NCBI GenBank assembly: GCA_032128875.1
Contig: JAVLKG010000004.1
Coordinates: forward strand, 512,001-576,000
Direction of reading: 5' to 3'
DNA: 64,000 bases
Origin: Candidatus Melainabacteria bacterium 17Bon1m
GTDB taxonomy: Bacteria > Cyanobacteriota > Vampirovibrionia > Obscuribacterales > Obscuribacteraceae
Below the pieces are notes generated by a model. It did not search any database, was not told the DNA's origin, and saw only the letters and a list, made by a program, of their open reading frames with translations. Of the stretch, positions 38,550 to 47,840 are shown piece after piece. Every line of letters starts with the position of its first letter. The first letter of the stretch is position 1. Made by a program: the position numbers and the translations under genes.

Positions 38550-39617
38550 ATGTTGAGCCGCCAAACTCTTTACCAGTCAACATTTGCGTTATTGGCTTCG
38601 TTGCTCTGTGCGCTCCCGTGGTTCGCGCCTGCCCTCGCTAAAGAAGCGCCAACGGACGATATGGTCCTAATTCATGGTGGTCAGTTCATGATGGGAGGCG
38701 TTGGACCGCTTGCGCGAAAAGACGAATTTCCTCGGCATAAAGTGCGTGTGAAGAGCTTCTTCATCGACAAGACCGAAGTAACCAACGCACAATTCAAGAG
38801 ATTCATCGATGCCACAGGATACGTTACAACCGCTGAGAAGAAGCCAGATTGGGAAGAATTGAAGAAGCAATTGCCTGCAGGGTCAAAACCACCCGAAAAG
38901 GAACTACAGCCAGGCTCTCTCGTCTTTTCTGCGACCAAGGGTCCGGTTTCCCTGAGAGATTATTCTCAGTGGTGGAAGTGGGTAGATGGGGCAAACTGGC
39001 GGCATCCTGAGGGGCCATCTAGCTCAATTACAGGAAAAGACGATCATCCAGTCGTTCAAGTAAGCTGGGATGACGCAAATGCTTACTGCAAATGGGCTGG
39101 AAAACGACTGCCGACCGAGGCAGAATGGGAATACGCGGCTCGCGGTAACAAAGCATCAAAAGAATTCTCGTGGGGCGATAAAGCACCCTGCAATGCAAAC
39201 CCGCTCGCAAACCTTTGGCAGGGAGCCTTTCCCTACGAAAACAAAGGAACCGATAAGTACATCACCACTGCGCCGGTAAAATCGTTTTCGCCAAATGGAT
39301 ACGGGCTTTTCGACATGATTGGCAATGTATGGGAGTGGTGTTCAGACTGGTACAGAAGCGACTACTACGCCAGGTTGGCTACGAACGTATCAGTGAACCC
39401 GCAAGGTCCTACAGACAGCTACGATCCCGACGAACCCGAGTGTGAGAAGCGCGTCAAACGCGGTGGGTCTTTTCTGTGTTGCGAAAACTATTGCGCCAGC
39501 TATAGACCCTCCGCACGCATGAAGTGTTCACCGGATACCTCTCAAAATCACCTTGGTTTTCGTTGTGTCAAAGACGTTGAAATCAACACAGTTAAAGCCG
39601 TTAGAAGTGCAAATTAG
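38550..39617 (+). CDS. Formylglycine-generating enzyme (SUMF1) family protein with signal peptide
   Basis: FFIDKTEVTNAQF, HPVVQVSWDDA, RLPTEAEWEYAARG, NGYGLFDMIGNVWEW, RGGSFLCCENYC, HLGFRC. Confidence 0.95.
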   Translation: MLSRQTLYQSTFALLASLLCALPWFAPALAKEAPTDDMVLIHGGQFMMGGVGPLARKDEFPRHKVRVKSFFIDKTEVTNAQFKRFIDATGYVTTAEKKPDWEELKKQLPAGSKPPEKELQPGSLVFSATKGPVSLRDYSQWWKWVDGANWRHPEGPSSSITGKDDHPVVQVSWDDANAYCKWAGKRLPTEAEWEYAARGNKASKEFSWGDKAPCNANPLANLWQGAFPYENKGTDKYITTAPVKSFSPNGYGLFDMIGNVWEWCSDWYRSDYYARLATNVSVNPQGPTDSYDPDEPECEKRVKRGGSFLCCENYCASYRPSARMKCSPDTSQNHLGFRCVKDVEINTVKAVRSAN

Positions 39618-39692
39618 TTGAGTGATCTTGAGCCCTCTTTGCCTAAGTGATAATGTTTTTCACTTTGGTTCTTTTTTCCTGAGGTCAAGCTC

Positions 39693-40391
39693 ATGCGCTC
39701 ATCGTTTACGGTCGGTTTATTGTGTGCAGCAATTTTTGCAGCGCAGCCGATTACTTTTGCCGCCCCATCTGTCGACCATGGCGAAACCACAAGTGCTGCC
39801 GATGCTCAAGTAAAAGTCTGGCAGGCGGAAGAATGGGCAAAGACGCGCAATTCTCCTTGGCTGTCAAAAGAAGATGGTGAGCAAGAGAAGAAAACGCACA
39901 AGGCTCCGGTACGCAATCTCATCAAGGGCATTGCGAAAGGCACAGCCAAAGAACTCGGAACTAGTGCCTCTGATATGGCAAAAGATCTAGTTTTGGTATT
40001 TTCTGTTCAAGACATTGATCCATATGAGAAGAAAGGGATACCTAAAAACCGTCCCGCCATCGTTCTCGAATTCACTATGGTAGACGGCAGCAAATGCTTC
40101 CTTCGCCGTTTTCCTGATGGCAGCTATGCAATAGAAGATGGTTTTGCGGACGGAACAGTTCTCATTCCTCGTGAAGATACGGGAGATTACCTGGTTAAAT
40201 ACCCCAATGGTGTGCGCGGACGTATGGTTAAGCACGGCGATAACATAACAATCTTCCGCCCGGACAACACGACAACAACCGTTATTAAGACTGCCTCAGG
40301 TGGGTTCAAAGTTAATAACACCAAATTCGGTTACATGGGCGAAGCGCGACCCGATAGCACCGGAATTAATTATGAAACCGGACAATGGTAG
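39693..40391 (+). CDS. Exported hypothetical beta-rich protein
   Basis: Signal peptide; repeated xDG/xNG turn motifs (FPDGS, FADGT, YPNGV, RPDNT). Confidence 0.8.
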   Translation: MRSSFTVGLLCAAIFAAQPITFAAPSVDHGETTSAADAQVKVWQAEEWAKTRNSPWLSKEDGEQEKKTHKAPVRNLIKGIAKGTAKELGTSASDMAKDLVLVFSVQDIDPYEKKGIPKNRPAIVLEFTMVDGSKCFLRRFPDGSYAIEDGFADGTVLIPREDTGDYLVKYPNGVRGRMVKHGDNITIFRPDNTTTTVIKTASGGFKVNNTKFGYMGEARPDSTGINYETGQW

Positions 40392-40561
40392 CATGCCAAT
40401 CGTAGAGCAGTAGTAGCACGCGGGTCCCGGTGTCGTCTGCAAGGCATTACCTGCGACCTTCGTGAGACCATCATAGTTCGCTAAAAGTCGTTGTCCAATT
40501 TTCAGGGGACTACGTATATATCCCACTGGAACGGCCAGGCATAATTTAGTGAGGGATAAGA

Positions 40562-42610
40562 ATGGCTCCGCAATTTGAGCTAGTAGATCCTCGTGGTCAA
40601 AATTACGACTTGCAGCCTCCAGTTTCTAACAATGGATTGGTAACGCAAGTATTCGATGGCAGACAACCTCTCTGGGAGCGCAATACGCGTACAGTAGGGT
40701 ATGAAACTCAACCGCAGTATTTTCAGTTCGACGGTTCATTACGTGATTCGCGCTTAGACAAACAAAATGATTATCGAAATTCACAAACGTTCGATAATCC
40801 ATTTCTTCATTTGCAAAATGCACATGAAAAGGCATCTAAATATGGCGCGGAATCGGCAGTTCGCGATTACCAGTTGGCAATCAATGCCGCTGACAGAATC
40901 GATCAAAGACAAGTCTCTCGCGATATGCAAAATAACGAACGCGCAATTGAAGACAACGTGGCGCGGTTGTTGCGTTCTGGACGCATGGGTGCATCACGCG
41001 AACAAATTCAAGCTATAAAAGATGAACGTGTTGAACTCGAAAGAGAAAAACAATTCTTGGATAACATGCGATTGGCGCCGGTTTATGCTCGCGCAAATGC
41101 CGCATTTTGTTTCATCTCTAAAGGAAACGCTCAGCTGTTTGGCATAGGTGAGAATCTGCTCAATCAGGCGCTCAAGCTTAATCCTGAAATCGAAGGGAAT
41201 TACTATTTCAACGAGCATCGCGACCGCGCTTACAACAATCACAACCGACGAATGGCTGAAGCGCAGCGGCGCTACACACCTGGCTATCAACCGTTGTCTC
41301 CACGAAGCTCAAATCCTTATGAGATGCAAGGTCCGAATGATAGCCAGCCACCTCAACGGCAACCCGTAATTCAGCAAAGACCTCCGGAAAGACAAAGTCC
41401 ACAAAATCCTCAAAAACCGCCTGAGAGACAGAATCCGCAAATTCCGCAGAGACCTCCTGAACAACCAAATCTTCAAAAACCACCTGAACAACCAAAAACT
41501 CAGACACCACCAGAACAACCCAGAGCCCAAAGACCTCCCGAGCAAAATCCACCTGCTCAAAGACCTCCCGAACGACCTCCCACAAACAATCCTGAACCTT
41601 CGCAACCGGTCAAACCGTTTAACACTGCATTGCTTGCGCCAACAGGCGATCTCTATAGCCCGGCAGGACCTCCAGGATTGGGCGAGTCCGCACCTGGTGA
41701 AACATTTAGTGATGAAAAGGACGGCAAGGGCGGCTGGGATATCGACTGGCGCGAGCTTTCGAGTAAGAAAACCGATGCACAAGGTAACACTGTGTACAGC
41801 TATAAAGGCGAGATAGACGATTGCAACGGCTGGGTCCTGGGACTTGATGGCGACACAAATTTCACAGCGGAAGAAGTTGTCAGCGCATCAGGTCAATTGC
41901 TTCGCCGCGTGATGACCTATGATGGCAGCCTCACATACAAAGTGAAGACCGACAATGGTCCCCGCGAGATCAAGGACGTACACAAGATCACAACAACTTT
42001 TGATGAAACAACGAAGAAATTTGCGACAGAAATAGAGTGTGCTGACGGTGCAATTTATAAGGCAGAAACGGATCTAACCGGCAAAGTCACCAAATTTACC
42101 GAAGTGCAAACCAAGGTAAATTCCGAAGCGCCAGGAGTAAAACAAGCCAACGTCGGTAATTTCTCCAATAACGGCGACGTCTATCATGTGGCTCGACCAA
42201 TCGGAATCGGTGGCGCTGTTCCGGGATGGGCCGGTGGCGACAATGATGTTCTCGATTTCCGCAAAACGCAAGTGACACGCGCATCCAACGGCAACATCAC
42301 CTACAAATACGAAGGCGAGGTTGAAGATAGCTCAGGTTGGACACTCGGTATGAATGGTGACACCAACTTTGAAGGACAAGAAATACTCGGCGCTAACAAC
42401 AATTTTGTAAGCAGTTTCATCAAATACGGATCCGCTAAAGACATGAAGTTTGTCGGTGTGGGCGGACAGCCGTTCTCCGTTTCGAATGTTGTCGAAGTAC
42501 GCACCGGACGGGAATCCGACGGGAATTTCACGAGCACAGTGAAAGATTCCAAAGGCACAGTTTGGACTATCAAGTTCAATGCTGACGGTACAGTCACGGA
42601 ATTTAAGTAA
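40562..42610 (+). CDS. Large hypothetical protein: helical N-half, Pro/Gln repeat linker, duplicated ~150-aa beta-rich C-terminal domain
   Basis: 682-aa ORF with GAGGG RBS. Internal duplication YKGEIDDCNGWVLGLDGDTNF vs YEGEVEDSSGWTLGMNGDTNF. Confidence 0.88.
   Translation: MAPQFELVDPRGQNYDLQPPVSNNGLVTQVFDGRQPLWERNTRTVGYETQPQYFQFDGSLRDSRLDKQNDYRNSQTFDNPFLHLQNAHEKASKYGAESAVRDYQLAINAADRIDQRQVSRDMQNNERAIEDNVARLLRSGRMGASREQIQAIKDERVELEREKQFLDNMRLAPVYARANAAFCFISKGNAQLFGIGENLLNQALKLNPEIEGNYYFNEHRDRAYNNHNRRMAEAQRRYTPGYQPLSPRSSNPYEMQGPNDSQPPQRQPVIQQRPPERQSPQNPQKPPERQNPQIPQRPPEQPNLQKPPEQPKTQTPPEQPRAQRPPEQNPPAQRPPERPPTNNPEPSQPVKPFNTALLAPTGDLYSPAGPPGLGESAPGETFSDEKDGKGGWDIDWRELSSKKTDAQGNTVYSYKGEIDDCNGWVLGLDGDTNFTAEEVVSASGQLLRRVMTYDGSLTYKVKTDNGPREIKDVHKITTTFDETTKKFATEIECADGAIYKAETDLTGKVTKFTEVQTKVNSEAPGVKQANVGNFSNNGDVYHVARPIGIGGAVPGWAGGDNDVLDFRKTQVTRASNGNITYKYEGEVEDSSGWTLGMNGDTNFEGQEILGANNNFVSSFIKYGSAKDMKFVGVGGQPFSVSNVVEVRTGRESDGNFTSTVKDSKGTVWTIKFNADGTVTEFK
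41375..41580 (+). repeat. Coding tandem repeat, Q-[R/K/T]-PPE units
   Basis: Seven QxPPE units spaced 9-12 aa apart, degenerate at the DNA level. Confidence 0.85.
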
Positions 42611-42773
42611 AACGTTGAAGTCTAGGAACAAGCTACCAACTGCGAGGAATCTCTACTATGATTAATCCTTGGATACCGAGTTTTTTGTTGTGTATTGCGT
42701 TCCTAATAGTCTTCAAAGTGACCATGGATGTCTTGCTCAGCAAAGAAGCCAGTGAGAAAACATAGAGCAAGCA

Positions 42774-43475
42774 GTGCCAACAAAATCTAAGTCCGGAGAG
42801 TTGAATGCGAAAGCTCTGGCCAAGCACAAAAAGAGATTTTTGCGCTTCTTCCCCAGAGCTTTTAAAGATCAGCGTTATATAGACTGGGAAGTTACGTACA
42901 AGATGACCGCTCACAATTTGTGGGAGGAATTGCTCGGCGAAGATAAATTTCGCTCACTGTTGCGCAGCCGTGATTATGAGGAAATAGCCAGTCGTGCGCT
43001 GAGAGTAGAGGCGAAAACAAATTTTCTATTCTCCTTTGAAAAGATGGCATTGCGCGACGGGGTAAAAACTCGAGAAGGTGCTCGTTCATTCTCGGAAGGG
43101 TTGTTTCAACTGCTGCACGAGCGAGATCCGCTCAAGGAGCGCTTTGTACAGTGGATTGTTTCGGTGGCAGAATTGCCGCGAGTTAAATCACGCGTGCTTT
43201 CTTGGCCCGTAGTGACACTTTTTCCATTCATTGCTCAACCCTGGAATCACATCATCATGAAACCAACTGCGATGCGAAACGCCGCAGATGAGCTTGGTTA
43301 TGACCTTGATTATTCCTCAAAGCCTAATTTTGGAACCTACGAACGTCTACTGCACCTTTCGGAATTGATAAAACAAGACATTTCTGATTTAAAGCCAAAA
43401 GATCACATGGACACTCAGGCTTTTCTCTGGGTAATTGGTTCTTCAGAATATGAGCACTTAAGTCCGGATGACTAA
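42774..43475 (+). CDS. Hypothetical protein, probably a conserved family
   Basis: 233-aa globular ORF (FLRFFP.AF.D..Y, TNFLFSFEKMALRD, WPVVTLFPF, DLKPKDHMDTQAFLWV); function not assignable. Confidence 0.82.
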   Translation: MPTKSKSGELNAKALAKHKKRFLRFFPRAFKDQRYIDWEVTYKMTAHNLWEELLGEDKFRSLLRSRDYEEIASRALRVEAKTNFLFSFEKMALRDGVKTREGARSFSEGLFQLLHERDPLKERFVQWIVSVAELPRVKSRVLSWPVVTLFPFIAQPWNHIIMKPTAMRNAADELGYDLDYSSKPNFGTYERLLHLSELIKQDISDLKPKDHMDTQAFLWVIGSSEYEHLSPDD

Positions 43476-43535
43476 AGTCCGGAATAATCTGGTCCGGATT
43501 TTCGAGTTCTGAGGTCTAGAGTTCGGCACTTACTT

Positions 43536-44408
43536 CTACAGTAAACGCCATTTTTTATCGTGCTCCAATGTCTCATGCGTGGTGCTAGGCATCTCCTCGA
43601 CACCAAACAACCTAAATCCGCCTCTAAATGCGGTCTGATTGTGTCCACGCCTGACACCCGGCGGCAGCGCGCCCAGGATTTTTGCGTTCCCTCCGCCGAC
43701 AACTATGTAGTCTGCATTGAAGGATTTTATTGAACTGTTGATAAACGCCCAAGCAATCTTGCGCCACCTTTTTCTGCCGAGTTTTTTAAGCGCACGCCTG
43801 CCGAGCATCTCGCCCGATGTGGCTTTGTCATTCCATCGAATATTGCCGAGTTCCAGAGAGATTACTGTACTGTGGCAAATCAGGGTCGAACCAAGCCCGG
43901 TGCCGAATCCGAGAAACAACATTCGCCCGCCTTCATAGCTGCCGAGTGCTTGCATGGCAGCGTCGTTCATTATCTTGACAGGCATTCCGAATGCCGCCTG
44001 AAAGTCAAAAGCTACCCAACCGGGCCCGAGATTTCCTGGCTCGGATAACGGTCCATTAGGACCAGTGAGACCAGGATATCCAATGGAAACGCAATTGTAT
44101 TGCCAGTCTTGCGTATATTCTTTTACCTGCTCAACAAACTCTGGCGGTGTCATATCTTTCGAAGAAGGAAACTTTCTTGGTTGCGTTTCACCATTCAAAA
44201 GCAATTTTACGTTGGTTCCACCAATATCAATCGCCAATACCTTTCTCGCTTCGAGATCATCTGCCGTAACGTTTTTGGTAATCTGAGCAACGCTCTTCGA
44301 TTCCGCTTTGTGTTTAACCCTGGTGCGCGCTGACGCTTTTGGCTTTTTTGCCTTTGGCGCAGGTTTGGACACCGATTTGGCGGCCTCTTTAGGATTTCTT
44401 TTGGGCAT
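43536..44408 (-). CDS. ROK-family sugar kinase (polyphosphate glucokinase-like) with a Lys/Ala-rich N-terminal tail
   Basis: LAIDIGGTNVK, SIGYPG, MNDAAMQALG, FLGFGTGLGS, LELG, VVGGGN. Confidence 0.88.
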   Translation of the reverse strand: MPKRNPKEAAKSVSKPAPKAKKPKASARTRVKHKAESKSVAQITKNVTADDLEARKVLAIDIGGTNVKLLLNGETQPRKFPSSKDMTPPEFVEQVKEYTQDWQYNCVSIGYPGLTGPNGPLSEPGNLGPGWVAFDFQAAFGMPVKIMNDAAMQALGSYEGGRMLFLGFGTGLGSTLICHSTVISLELGNIRWNDKATSGEMLGRRALKKLGRKRWRKIAWAFINSSIKSFNADYIVVGGGNAKILGALPPGVRRGHNQTAFRGGFRLFGVEEMPSTTHETLEHDKKWRLL

Positions 44409-44499
44409 GTCGAGTTTCCTTACCGAGTGACTTAAACACTGGCAGGACGACTGAAAAAAACCGATGTAGTTCCCGCGTTAGCTGTCCGAATAATTGACC

Positions 44500-44787
44500 T
44501 TACCGTTTTCTATTTTTGTGCTCTTTGTACTTTTCTTTTGCTGCGTGCAAACCCAGTCGAGTACCAGCACCAGTTGCGGCTCCAGTGGCTACACTGTTTC
44601 CTAAAAGCACCGCGCCGACACCGCCCGTGGCCGCGCCGACACCGCCTATCAGAAGCACTTTCTTAAGCCGCTTGTGTCGGTGGAAGAAACCGGGCCGATC
44701 GTCTGAATGCTTCGCATGCGCAATAGAGACAGTAGTACCTGCGAACATCGTCATGCAACAAATGATTGTTATTGTTTTGCGCAACAT
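44500..44787 (-). CDS. Small exported glycine-zipper-like protein
   Basis: Signal peptide ending AHA-K; GGVGAATGGVGAVL..GAATGAG; basic tail. Confidence 0.75.
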   Translation of the reverse strand: MLRKTITIICCMTMFAGTTVSIAHAKHSDDRPGFFHRHKRLKKVLLIGGVGAATGGVGAVLLGNSVATGAATGAGTRLGLHAAKEKYKEHKNRKR

Positions 44788-44875
44788 GGTTGATTCCCCC
44801 AAACCCACGCTGCTGCCTTGCTTTTAGACCGCCTGCAAGCCCGCTCGGTTCCCAAATGTACTTGTTGAAACGCTA

Positions 44876-46054
44876 CTATTGCGGCAGGCTTTCAAAACCC
44901 ATGGCTTCAATCTCGCCAGGTGTCGGGTATTCATCTACTTCAAACCGTTTTGGATAGCAATTGATTTCTTTAAGCTTGCCATTCAAAACGGCTGTTGCTC
45001 TGCTCCAAGAGCAGATTGATTCCGGCTCATCACCATCTCCGAAAAATATGAAATCAGCCTTTGGCAGTAAGCAAGGAAGCAAATCCTTTCCCACATAGCT
45101 CGACGAAAAAGGATTTTGGCGGTCATCCGAAAATTTGTATTTGGAAACAAATCTCTTGCCGGTAAGATGCTCGAAGCGAGCGTCAAGATCCGCCTTCTGT
45201 GCGCCGTACAGGCGATTGAGATATTCGAGTTCCAAGCTCCTGAATTCATTGCGCATTGGATGACCTTCGGGCAATGTATAAGGATGATAGTATTCGTCAA
45301 CCAACTTAAGCAAAATTGGGGGGAGCGAACCTGGCTGCCCTTGAAGTTCTTTGACGGCATTAAGAGTGTGCCGCATGCCGAAATTACACTCGCTGCCTGT
45401 GATAAAGAGGTGGTCGCGGTGCGGCACCATTACCAGCGTGTCTCCTAGTACAGGCAGGTCTGCCATGATGTTTGTAAACACAGCTCGTGCCGAACTGTAA
45501 GAATCGCTAGCCGAAAAGAAGTGACAGCAGTCACTCTTGTTGTTGTCGCTTCTGTATGTGTCAAAGGCAAATTCGGTCAACTGAGCCAGCTGCCTGTGCG
45601 CAATTGAGAATGCGTCATCGAATGAAACATTCCAGCACTCGAGAATATCGTTGTCGACGTAGAGAATGTTGTCGGGCATGTCGTAAGCTAATGTGGCGGA
45701 GAAATGCTCTCCGAAATCGATTCTCGTGTATTTATCGTCCTCGAAAAACCAGCGCTCCTTAACCTGGATACGCAACTGAGGACGCGCTTCTTCGAAGTTT
45801 CTTGGAAAATCGAGTTGACCTGTCAACCCGACAATTTGGTTGAGTATCTTGGACTGTGTACTCTCATCTCCGGAAATATAGCGATCGAAAAAATTTGCCA
45901 AATAGATTGTGTTGAGCGGTCGCCCGAGTCCGTCTTTCACAACCAGCGAATAACGTGCGTGATCGAGCGATAGAGAGCTCTCATCGACTCCACTCTTCAC
46001 CAAAGCATCGGCTGCAAGGACAGCAAAATCTTCTTGCGAAATGTTATTAGTCAT
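44876..46054 (-). CDS. Hypothetical protein (possibly DUF1444-like)
   Basis: 392-aa ORF; IYLANFF, LAYDMP, WNVSFDDAF..A, DSYSSAR, VMVPHRDHLFITG are suggestive only. Confidence 0.75.
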   Translation of the reverse strand: MTNNISQEDFAVLAADALVKSGVDESSLSLDHARYSLVVKDGLGRPLNTIYLANFFDRYISGDESTQSKILNQIVGLTGQLDFPRNFEEARPQLRIQVKERWFFEDDKYTRIDFGEHFSATLAYDMPDNILYVDNDILECWNVSFDDAFSIAHRQLAQLTEFAFDTYRSDNNKSDCCHFFSASDSYSSARAVFTNIMADLPVLGDTLVMVPHRDHLFITGSECNFGMRHTLNAVKELQGQPGSLPPILLKLVDEYYHPYTLPEGHPMRNEFRSLELEYLNRLYGAQKADLDARFEHLTGKRFVSKYKFSDDRQNPFSSSYVGKDLLPCLLPKADFIFFGDGDEPESICSWSRATAVLNGKLKEINCYPKRFEVDEYPTPGEIEAMGFESLPQ

Positions 46055-46107
46055 TGCCGATATTTCATCCTAATTTGATACCGAATTTAACAACGCGAAG
46101 AGCGATC

Positions 46108-47811
46108 CTACTTAGATTGAATTTTTGCCGCTTTGAGCAAACTGTTTAAATGGTCTTCGATAGGGCCCAGCTTAGCGGGCTGTCCGCGGAATCCAATATA
46201 TCCATCCGGGCGTACTAAATACAGACATTCAGAGTCGGCAAAATAAGTCTGATGAACTGCCAAGTCGGGGTCCAAAAACACTTTGCCTGGAAAGCGCAAT
46301 GTGGGCATCTTGCTGCTGGCAACAATGAGATGGCAGGTAACCAAACCACCAAATTGCTCACCAATCGACCAGGCGATTTTCTCGAGATTGCGATAACCGG
46401 CATCGGTCGGCTTCCCATCTAATAAAAGCAAGTTGTGCGAAATTCCACGCATTGCTTCATAAATGCGAATCGGGTTCATGTCCTGATCGACCATCACCGC
46501 ATCTGGTGCCCTATCGCCTGGCATCGGTCCGCGCGCAAATTCAATGTAACCAGGCAGGCTTGGCTTTTCAGAGTCCTCGCCCGGTGCGATTTGTATTTCT
46601 GCCAATCCTCGTTTTTCGCCTACAATCGGACTGTTTCGGTAGTTGACCGCAAGCATCGAGCCCACCTTGCGCATTCTATGTTGAATAACTTCTTGTTGCG
46701 TCAAGAAGGACATCACGTGATTGCGAATCTGCTGTGCTAAAGGATTCTTCAAGGTCGCTACTGTTGTGGCAATATCAGTGCCTTTCAAAAGTTCTTGCCC
46801 GACTGGATGGCGCTCCTCGTTGTAGCTATCTAAAAGTTTGTCATCACCATTACCACGAATTACCAGCGCAAGTTTCCACGCTAAGTTGAAGGCATCCTGC
46901 ATGCCTGTGTTCATGCCTTGACCACCAATCGGGCTGTGAATATGAGCAGAATCGCCTGCGAGGAAAACTCTACCTACTCGATATTTCGAGACGCTTCTTT
47001 GATGAATTGTGAACCAGGCGAGCCAAAGAGGATCGTGCAATTTGATATTGCCGGGACCTCGGCGATCTGCAAAAACCTGCATGTCTGCGAGACTTGGAGC
47101 ATCTCCAACTACCTGCGATGCAGGCACGTTGACTACGATACGAAAACGTTTTTTGCCCAGAGGAAAGAAAACAAAGGCACCATCTTCATGGAAGAAAGTT
47201 GAAATCTCGTCATCAGGAAGATCTGAATTCACCAGGCAATCTATTAGGCCGAAACGCTCTTCATACGCACTTCCTTCGAATGGAAGTTCGAGTACTTTTC
47301 GAACTGTGCTGTGAGAACCATCGGTGCCAATCAACCACTGCGCCACAACTCCCTCTTCCTTGCCTTGCGAGTTCTTCAAGGTTGCTGTAATGCCGCTTTT
47401 GCCCTGGCTGAATTTGGTCAGTTCAACACCACGCTCTATGACTCCGCCTTTGCTGATGAAATGTTCCGTCAGCAATCTTTCAGTTTCAGTTTGCGGAATC
47501 ATTAGAGAAAAAGGAAATGGCGAATCAAGCTCAGACATGTCCAGGTGCACGATTCGCTCGCCTTGGTGATAGAGGCTCGCACCGTATGCTGGACATCCCC
47601 TTTCCAGAAATCGCTCGACAATGCCCATGCTTTCAAGGATTTCGAGTGTTCTTGCGTGCAATACCAAAGCACGCGACTTGTCTCCAGGTACTGGCGCCTT
47701 GTCAATCAGACGACAGGCGACTCCGTGCCTTTGCAATTCACACGCCAGCATCAGACCTGTAGGCCCAGCTCCAACGACAAGTACTGGCTTCTCTTGACTT
47801 TCGGGCGACAT
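46108..47811 (-). CDS. FAD-dependent aromatic monooxygenase (PheA/TfdB/Rox-like) with C-terminal thioredoxin-like domain
   Basis: VLVVGAGPTGL, IGTDGSHSTVR, GRVFLAGDSAHIHSPIGGQGMNTGMQDAFNLAWKL, SYNEERHPV, LVRPDGYIG. Confidence 0.95.
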   Translation of the reverse strand: MSPESQEKPVLVVGAGPTGLMLACELQRHGVACRLIDKAPVPGDKSRALVLHARTLEILESMGIVERFLERGCPAYGASLYHQGERIVHLDMSELDSPFPFSLMIPQTETERLLTEHFISKGGVIERGVELTKFSQGKSGITATLKNSQGKEEGVVAQWLIGTDGSHSTVRKVLELPFEGSAYEERFGLIDCLVNSDLPDDEISTFFHEDGAFVFFPLGKKRFRIVVNVPASQVVGDAPSLADMQVFADRRGPGNIKLHDPLWLAWFTIHQRSVSKYRVGRVFLAGDSAHIHSPIGGQGMNTGMQDAFNLAWKLALVIRGNGDDKLLDSYNEERHPVGQELLKGTDIATTVATLKNPLAQQIRNHVMSFLTQQEVIQHRMRKVGSMLAVNYRNSPIVGEKRGLAEIQIAPGEDSEKPSLPGYIEFARGPMPGDRAPDAVMVDQDMNPIRIYEAMRGISHNLLLLDGKPTDAGYRNLEKIAWSIGEQFGGLVTCHLIVASSKMPTLRFPGKVFLDPDLAVHQTYFADSECLYLVRPDGYIGFRGQPAKLGPIEDHLNSLLKAAKIQSK

Positions 47812-47840
47812 AAACTACCCTCCCAGCGACATCGCCAATT

